From Ionaspis alba (lineage: Eukaryota), in contig CAXUUL010000095.1 in assembly GCA_964255285.1 (NCBI GenBank), forward strand, positions 1-33,163: a stretch of 33,163 bases of DNA. The letters run 5' to 3'. The notes beneath the pieces were generated by a model. That model was not told the DNA's origin and did no database searches. It saw only the letters and a program-made list of their open reading frames with translations. Both the position numbers and the translations under genes were made by a program. Shown one piece after another: positions 25,857 through 33,163 of this stretch (position 1 is the stretch's first letter; each line of letters begins with the position of its first letter).

Positions 25857-26939
25857 ATGACAGACCTCCAGATCACGGACGCTGACATTCCCCTTCTTGA
25901 GGGCAAAATAGCGATAGTCACCGGTAAACCCTTTGCCCTCCACCAATTCCCCACTCTAACAACCCACCCATCAGGTGGAAGTTCCGGCATCGGCCTCGCC
26001 ACCACCATCCTCCTCGCCACCAAACGCTGTCGAGTCTTCATCCTCGACCTCAAACCCCCTTCTCCTGACACTCCTCTTCCCCCCAACTGCACCTTCGTCC
26101 GCACAGATGTAACCCGCTGGGGGGACCTAGTCAGCGCCTTTCAAGCCGCGGGGGAAGTCGACATCGCGATCGCGAACGCCGGCATCAGCGAAACAACAAA
26201 CACCTTCGGGCCGGCACCAACCCCTCTGCCAGCCGGCGTCGCGCTGCCCGAGCCCAGCTACCCCGTTCTGGACATCAACCTGCGCGCCGTGCTTAACGTC
26301 GTCAAGCTCGCGCTGCACTACTTCCGGACGCAAGGCCCGCGGCGTGCTGGCAGCATTGTCATCACGGCGTCCGCGACGGCGTACGCGCCCGAGCAGTCGC
26401 TGCCCGTGTACTCGGCCGCGAAGCTGGCGCTCATCGGGCTCGTGCGCAGCTTGCGGGCGAGTTTGTGGAAAGAGAATATCAGCATCAATGCTGTCGCTCC
26501 GGCGGCGACAATGACGGAGCTGCTGCCGCGGGAGCTGGCGGCGCCGTTGATGGCGGCGGGGCTGCCGGTCAGTACGGCGGCTTTTGTGGGGAGAGCGATT
26601 GTGTGGAGTGCGGTTGGGCGGCAGGAGAGGATGGTAGAGGCTTATGGGAAGGATGAGGTGGGTGAGGTGGAGAGAGCGGGGAGGTGGAATGGGAGGGTTG
26701 TGGTTACCTTGGGGGAGAGGTATACGGAGGTTGAGGAGGCTATTGCAGGGCTCAGGGAGAAGTGGTTTGGTGCGGAGAATGCGAGGTTGACAAGGTCGCA
26801 GCAAGCGGCGACGGATTTTAGGGGAAAGGGGTTGCTGAATGAGGAGGTGAAGGGAATGGGGAATGGGTATGGGAAGATGCCTAATGGAGGAGATAAGAAG
26901 CTGGCTTATGGTGGAGTGCATGCCACGAATGGTATATAG
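25857..26939 (+). CDS. Classical short-chain dehydrogenase/reductase (Prx4-like), one in-frame intron
   Basis: MTDLQITDADIPLLEGKIAIVTG|GSSGIG, IANAGI, INL, catalytic YSAAK, INAVAP. Intron GTAAAC...TCAG at about 25924-25974. Confidence 0.9.
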   Translation: MTDLQITDADIPLLEGKIAIVTGKPFALHQFPTLTTHPSGGSSGIGLATTILLATKRCRVFILDLKPPSPDTPLPPNCTFVRTDVTRWGDLVSAFQAAGEVDIAIANAGISETTNTFGPAPTPLPAGVALPEPSYPVLDINLRAVLNVVKLALHYFRTQGPRRAGSIVITASATAYAPEQSLPVYSAAKLALIGLVRSLRASLWKENISINAVAPAATMTELLPRELAAPLMAAGLPVSTAAFVGRAIVWSAVGRQERMVEAYGKDEVGEVERAGRWNGRVVVTLGERYTEVEEAIAGLREKWFGAENARLTRSQQAATDFRGKGLLNEEVKGMGNGYGKMPNGGDKKLAYGGVHATNGI

Positions 26940-27263
26940 AGTCTCTATGAGGATTCAGTTTTACCACTTCATCTCATCTGAATTCTGGCTGGAGTGGAGA
27001 CGCAAACTCTCATCAGGCTGATCGCTGACGTTCATTCAACGAGGTCATGGCTGAAAGCTGTAGTACATACTGTCAAGGCCCGTGCGAAAGAGAGGCTCAT
27101 TGATTCTATCATCTAACCTTTGGAAGCTAGGTACGCGGCACAGGAGTATCGTGTATTGTGTTGAATTTGAAAAGAAAGTTGCACGGTCGAAGCATCCAAG
27201 GTTCCAAAATGCACGACGTGCATTTCGACGCCAAGATATGTATCAAACAAAACCCGTCACAAC

Positions 27264-29255
27264 CTAGCGTTTTTCCAACCTGTCCATCATCCTAGTGAAT
27301 AACTTGGGTTTCCACCACATAACATGCATGTGACTTTTGCCTTCCCAGTCAATGTTCTTGTCAANNNNNNNNNNNNNNNNNNNNNNNNNNNNNNNNNNNN
27401 NNNNNNNNNNNNNNNNNNNNNNNNNNNNNNNNNNNNNNNNNNNNNNNNNNNNNNNNNNNNNNNNTTCCACCACATAACATGCATGTGACTTTTGCCTTCC
27501 CAGTCAATGTTCTTGTCAACGAGATCGAGATCGTACCTGTACAGCATTTTAGCGAGAATAAGCGACATTTCGATGTAGGCGAAGTTCTGTCCCAGGCACC
27601 CCCGCGGCCCGAGCGAGAACGGTTGGCTGGCTTCTTTGTTGTCCTTGCACTCGGGGTCCAGCCAGCGATTCGGCTTGAAGAGAAACGGGTCATGGAAATT
27701 GGCCGCGTCGTGCGTCACCGTCCACGCGGAAGTGTAGACTTCGGCACCAGCGGGGATATACACACCGTCGATGAGGCTACCGGGACTGATGCGTGGGAAG
27801 CCCTGAGATCCGGGTGGGTAGATGCGGAGGCCTTCGGAAATGACGGATTGGAGGTACGGGAGTTGTTGCGTCGCGGCGGCGGTGATATTGCTGGAGGAAG
27901 AGAAGGCTCCGCGGATCTCGGCGCAAAGTGTTGAATAGGTAGCAGGAGTCGTGAGCAGGTAATATGTTACGGCTGCGAGAAAGGTGGAGACAGTTTCGCC
28001 GCCAGCAATGCTGCAAGCGATCAATATCGTATCGCAATAAAAGTATGGATGGAAGAGATGACGGGTAAGTGGCAGATTACGGAGGCGTGGACGACATACA
28101 TAAGGGTAGAAGAATGAGCTGTGAGTTCTTCTTTGGATACCTCACCAGAATCAACTTTCTCAACGATATTGGTGAGGAAGTCCTTCCGATCTGCCTTGGA
28201 CTTGAGCCGCCTATTCGAGTCAGCTGCCGCTTGTAAAGGCAGAGAGGAATGTTAAGAATGCTCACTTCTCCACCTGTTGTTTGCTGAAGCCACTGTGCTT
28301 GTTCCGGACCGCAACGGTCCAGCGAGGAAGGATGAACTTCCCAAGCGTGACGAGAAGGGGATACCGGCGGAGGTTGTCGACCAAGGTAATGAAAAACAGA
28401 TGCTCAAGAATCAGAGCCGGCCAAAAATGCGGCTCCGCCTTCTCCACACAATGGAATGATTCACCAAAGGCCATTTCGCCTAGGATGTCAAAGGAAACCA
28501 TTTCATACCACTCCGTCATGTCGAGACCTCTTTCCCCTTTGCCAAGAACACCGATCTTTTCGACGAATTCGTCGACGCACTTCTGTACTATGTCCTCCTG
28601 CTCTTTCAAAGCCTTGCTGGAGAAGGAACGTGAGAGGAGTTTTCTCATACGGCCATGGATCTTAGGATTCCGCTCGGAGCCAATGCACAAAGTGTCGTAG
28701 CCTGAACCATATATTTCGTAGAACTCGGATTTGACGAAAGTTGGTTTGCCAGAGGTAGCGTGGCCATAGATGTCTTTCCAGCTTGAAGCCGACGCAAAGG
28801 AGAGCTCATTTGGAGAGATGCGAACGATTGGACCATGTCGTTGGTGCTGCTGATCGATCGAAACATGGAAACGACCACTCATGGAATGACCAATTCGCCA
28901 TAGCTACGAGGATTTAGCTTTAAGCCTCGGCTGTACGGGATATATCTCGAAAGGATGTCTGTCTAGGTGTAGAGAGCAAACACAGAGATCGGAATACCAA
29001 AGAGCTCCTGGCTAGTAACGGTCCCGGAAACTTTGCAAGTGGATGAAGGCATAGGTTATAGATCGTGGAACCAGCTACGTATACTAATGCCTTTGACAAA
29101 GTCAGTACAAGTCAGAAGAGAGGAGGCCGGGGTGAAGCCTTAGAGATTGCACATATTATTGGCTCCTCAAAACTTACCAAGGCAACGGCAAATGTAGCAA
29201 TGATGAATTTCCAGCTCAATGTCGTGAACAGCTGCACACCCTGCAATAACGGCAT
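27264..29255 (-). CDS. Cytochrome P450 (Tri11/CYP65-like); 3' end interrupted only by an artefactual gap
   Basis: Anchor MPLLQGVQLFTTLSWKFIIATFAVAL, HPLAKFPGP, PNELSF...SWKDIYG, I-helix IIAGGETV, EGLR, FKPNRW, heme motif FSLGPRGCLG. Collapsing the 55-bp duplication gives ...HVMWWKPKLFTRMMDRLEKR*. Confidence 0.9.
27310..27519. repeat. 55-bp direct duplication flanking a 100-N scaffold gap (assembly artefact)
   Basis: 27310-27364 is identical to 27465-27519; Ns at 27365-27464. Confidence 0.9.
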
Positions 29256-29691
29256 TTTGATTAAAGCCTTGGAAAAAGCCGGAAAATATGATTTCGATCC
29301 ACGCCTCCCATGATTAGCCGTTACTTATATCGGCACACCATATCACTGCCATGCCTTCCAAAAGCTCCGATGGTACGGAGCCGGAGGAAGGGTCGGGACT
29401 GTTGAGGCCACGCCTCTCATATCAGGATCAACACGGTCAGTCCGGAACGAGTAATATTTCGGAGAGGAAGGTGACGGTTTATTGCCTTGGCCGTACCTGA
29501 GCCAAAGGAGGGGCGTGCTTTTGCTGTTCTCCCATTCGAGTTTTCGATTCCGCAGATTACAAATACTGGCCGTATTGCGCTGCGAAGACCAGGTAGGCGA
29601 GCGTGTTGAGGATTAAAGCACTACTTTTGGGCGCATGCCTGGGTTGCCCTGCATTGTCCTGACGCGTTGGCATCTACCAGGACTTTCTTGT

Positions 29692-29791
29692 NNNNNNNNN
29701 NNNNNNNNNNNNNNNNNNNNNNNNNNNNNNNNNNNNNNNNNNNNNNNNNNNNNNNNNNNNNNNNNNNNNNNNNNNNNNNNNNNNNNNNNNN
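29692..29791. other. 100-N scaffold gap in the divergent P450/TF intergenic region
   Basis: Run of 100 Ns with no duplicated flanks. Confidence 0.95.
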
Positions 29792-30825
29792 TAAAGCGGG
29801 CCGGTCCAGGGGCTACATACATTGGTGGCCGCTGCGGTTGTAGCAGGGGCCAAGCCATCATTCTCCTGCTGTCAGCACACCCACCCGTTGGATCTAGCAC
29901 GTGGTAGCCAATCGTTCCCGACACGGGAGGCACCGCCCCCACGCTGCGGCTCTTCAAGGGATGAGATTGAACTTTCCCTCTCCTGCCAGGGATCGACTTG
30001 TCCATCCTTCATAAGCTCCTCCCTCATGGAGGAGAAAGAGCTTCCGATCAGTGGATCTGGCATCCGACCCGAGGCTTCGAGCTCATTATGGGGTGTCAAC
30101 CACACTACCAAACGAACAGGCATGAACGATTATCACGAATGAGCATGATTTCGATAATCTCATACCTGGAAATCGAGGGACAGTCGGCCAAGAGTCTGAT
30201 TGAAATGTCCGCCCCTCTACCTTTGAAGCCTTAATCTTGTAGATCTATTGATCGAATCGTCTGACCAGCATCTGTCATGTCTGATCGGCTCACCGCAACG
30301 GAATCCGGCTATATCGGTCGATTGAGGTGTTTGCTCCTTATAAGAAGCGCGATCGAGGCTCTACGGACTGTGGTATCGCTGCAGTCAGCGATCCTTCGAA
30401 AACTATGGCCACTGTGCAGGGAGAACTCTTGCATAGCTGATAAACCACTTATGAGGCTCCAGCCTGACTTGTGATAGAGCCCTAGTGGACCGTCAGCAGA
30501 TAAGGCGAATACGTTTGCCCCTCGAATTCTTGATGTCGTCGACTATTCCAGGGATGCTCAGGATCGGATCAGCGTTATCAGTCTGAAGATCTACCCGAGG
30601 CCATACGAATCCCTTTCAATCTTTTCTACGGATGCTCCACTGTTGAATGCAAAGATCCTGTAGGGTTACAACACTAAAATCACGGCTGATTCTGGCGTAT
30701 GCTGGCAATACTTAGGGTGGTAATCTATTTTCTTCAGTCTTGATATCCTTGGTGCAGAGCGTTTCAATGTCCACCCTTATCTACCACATTCATATACTCT
30801 CTCTTCACATCATCACAACATCACC

Positions 30826-32073
30826 ATGTTTGCGACTCTTCGCTGTAGCAAGACGGTAAGTGACCAGGACTCTATGTCGATCGAGCATACCTCTCATCCG
30901 GGACTGCCAGGCCATGGTCAACAACACGTGGCATGTACCACCTGTCGGGTTAAGAAGGTACGTGGATGGTGGTCCAGGTACTCCGTACATTCGAGATTGA
31001 TTTTGCTGCTTAGGCAAAATGTACCGGCGACAAGCCTGCCTGTGACCGTTGCAAATCCAAAGGCATCGAATGCGTTTTTGTGGAACCAGTGCACACGGGG
31101 CACTCGAGACGTCGNNNNNNNNNNNNNNNNNNNNNNNNNNNNNNNNNNNNNNNNNNNNNNNNNNNNNNNNNNNNNNNNNNNNNNNNNNNNNNNNNNNNNN
31201 NNNNNNNNNNNNNNGGGATCGCGCCTTCCGACATATCTTCGCATTTGTCGCTACACGAAAGGTTTTATTCTCATGACTCGAACCTCAGTCTTAACAATTC
31301 CCAGGCAGTGGACCTTTTAGATTTTGATGGAGACAGCATTACAGGCCCACGTATGTCCCTACCCCTAATCCAGTCATCTCGTTCAATCATGTTAACAGTT
31401 CATCCTAGTAGCGGCCGATCTCAACGATCCCTTCCCCATGTTCGATTCGGAGACATTCAATACCCCAAGGACAGACTCCTCCCAGTCGCTCACAATGCCA
31501 TCAACATCGTCGCAGACCTGCCGCTGTATGCAGACCGCGCTGGGCGTGCTCGAGAACCTGGAAGTCACCAACACTACAGATAACAATCTCTACACCTACG
31601 ACCACACGCTCTTCTTCCAAAAGCGTGCCGTGACGGAGTGTTGCACAATGCTCAAATGCAAAGACTGCAACGCCAGCTCGGCTTTCATCATGCTACTCGT
31701 CATCATCTGCGAAAAAATGATGTTCATGTTTGAGCGACTACTCCAAGGGGTGCGTCAGCCATCGGAGCAGCAGCAAAATGCCCAATCATCATTGTCTCCT
31801 ACTCTGGTTACGTCCAAGCCTGGCGAAAGCCCTATCCCTGGAGGCGGACCGGGCATATCACTAGGAGTGTATAAAGTCGATTTGGCCGAAGAGCGATGCA
31901 GTCTGATTCGGGTCCTCATTCTTTTTCAGATAAAGAATCTAGAAGGTTTATTGACGCAATTGATTAGCATTGCGACCATGTGGAATTGGACGTCGCAGAT
32001 GTCAAATTTACAAACTCTCACAAAGCGCTCTAGAGATATAGCTTCACTTGTTAGAGTAATCAACTCAGGCTAG
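30826..32073 (+). CDS. Zn(II)2Cys6 cluster transcription factor with an AflR-like C-terminal domain; contains a 100-N gap (31115-31214)
   Basis: Splicing 30958-31013 gives ACTTCRVKKAKCTGDKPACDRCKSKGIEC (Cx2Cx6Cx6Cx2Cx6C). The C-terminal CRCMQTALGVLENL...CCTMLKCKDC...MLLVIICEKM is typical of pathway-specific regulators. Confidence 0.88.
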
Positions 32074-32136
32074 ACAGTAAAACTGGACAGGCCGAGAGTG
32101 CGAGGGGCAGGATTGAAGAATAAGACGCAAGAGCTA

Positions 32137-33134
32137 CTACATGGCCATCTCAGCCTGCAATTTCCGCAACTCCTCTTCCTCGTCTTCCTCTTCGGCAGGC
32201 ACGACTTTCGATTTCCCTTTCACTACGCGAACAGTCAGTACAGCTCCACCCACCAACTCACCCCTTCACGCCAAACAAGACAGGCAAGCACTCACAAGCT
32301 CCATTTGGACCCGTAGGCAAGACCGGCACAGTGCCCGTACTCAACATCGTCTTATCCAGCTCCTCCTGCTCCAAGCCTGCGAGCTCATCCTCCAGCTCTC
32401 CTTCATCGATCGGCTCGCCTGCTTGTGGACCAGTAGCGATGGCGTTGCCGATTTCGTCGGCAAGGGCTTTTTGTTCGCCGAGACCTTCCCTACATTGCAG
32501 AACCCCCATTAGTGCTTGTTCGCACCAGATAGCAGACAAAGAGAGCGACAGCGTGAAGATGGGGTCCTGTGAGGGTAAGAACGTACATTATCTGATCGAC
32601 CTTTTCGATGGTCAGAGAGCCGTGGATTTCTTTCATGGCTTTGCTGGCATTGTTCATGGCGAGGAGGGTTTCCTGGTTGATGTTCGCGGATTCGATAGAA
32701 TAGATCTGGTTCTCGAGCATGGTGATTTGGGCGGCGGTCTGTTCAAGGGAGTGCTCGTGAGCCTTTTTGCGCTTCAGTGCTGTCCGGGCAGCTGTTCAAT
32801 TCCCAAATATAGATTAGCCAACCACCCTAATTATTCCTCTACTATCTCCCTTCCTTAAGATTCAGCCCCTTGAAAGCTTCCCCACAACACAAGGTTCCAC
32901 CCTGGTCGTGAATGTAGTGGAGGAAATGCCATAGCGAGAGCCACGAGATTACCCACCAGTCTTATTCGTCGAGATATTCTTCCTCGCAATATTCTCCTGC
33001 TCCGCCATCTGGTTCTCCAAATGCTTCTCTCGTTTCTGCAGCATGTCAAGCTGCTGCCGTAAGTCGAGGATGGCCTTTTTGGGTGCATCTTTTCTCTTCT
33101 GGCCACCGCTGCCCCCGAACCATGTCCCCCACAT
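32137..33134 (-). CDS. snf7: ESCRT-III subunit Snf7/Vps32, 4 exons
   Basis: MWGTWFGG...KDAPKKAILDLRQQLDMLQKREKHLE, ARTALKRKK, LENQIYSIESANINQETL, IDEGELEDELAGLEQEELD, C-terminal EEDEEEELRKLQAEMAM*. Confidence 0.95.
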
Positions 33135-33163
33135 CTTTGGGTCCTGCTCTGTGACTGCTGTCG

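Larger units (their letters stand above)
10530..32073. other. Sesquiterpene (aristolochene/eremophilane-type) biosynthetic gene cluster, 10 genes
   Basis: Contiguous P450-SDR-P450-SDR-P450-terpene cyclase-FAD oxidase-SDR-P450-Zn2Cys6 TF, with divergent gene pairs, bounded by housekeeping genes (chitin synthase, snf7). Confidence 0.92.

Noticed and set aside
26127..26921. 264-aa antisense ORF
   Set aside because: Shadow of the G-rich SDR coding strand; low-complexity Pro/Arg/His content and no recognisable motifs.
27264..27519. Apparent duplication or frameshift at the P450 C-terminus (pseudogene?)
   Set aside because: Collapsing the 55-bp overlap restores one intact reading frame.
10530..32073. 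Calling this the PR-toxin cluster itself
   Set aside because: No acetyltransferase is present, and the gene content (four P450s, two Prx1-like SDRs) does not justify naming the product without orthology analysis.

Overview
Intron-containing DNA from a filamentous ascomycete (Pezizomycotina; finer lineage cannot be determined from this window). The left flank carries housekeeping genes: caleosin/peroxygenase, the NEDD8 E2 Ubc12 and a class III chitin synthase. The right flank carries ESCRT-III Snf7/Vps32. Between them (about 10.5-32.1 kb) is a compact 10-gene sesquiterpene biosynthetic cluster: an aristolochene synthase-like cyclase (Ari1/Prx2 family), four cytochromes P450, three short-chain dehydrogenases, a secreted-type FAD-linked oxidase and a Zn(II)2Cys6 regulator. 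The cluster is eremophilane/PR-toxin-like, but no acetyltransferase, PKS or transporter is present, so the predicted product is a heavily oxidised, non-acylated eremophilane rather than PR toxin. Smaller observations: a required GC-AG intron, a 10-nt micro-exon, a stop-containing first intron in the cyclase, a candidate CGG-N6-CCG promoter motif, an orphan Cys-rich ORF at the left border, and four 100-N scaffold gaps, two of which have 55-bp duplicated flanks (assembly artefacts). All gene models were spliced by eye and all family assignments rest on motif recognition, not database searches.
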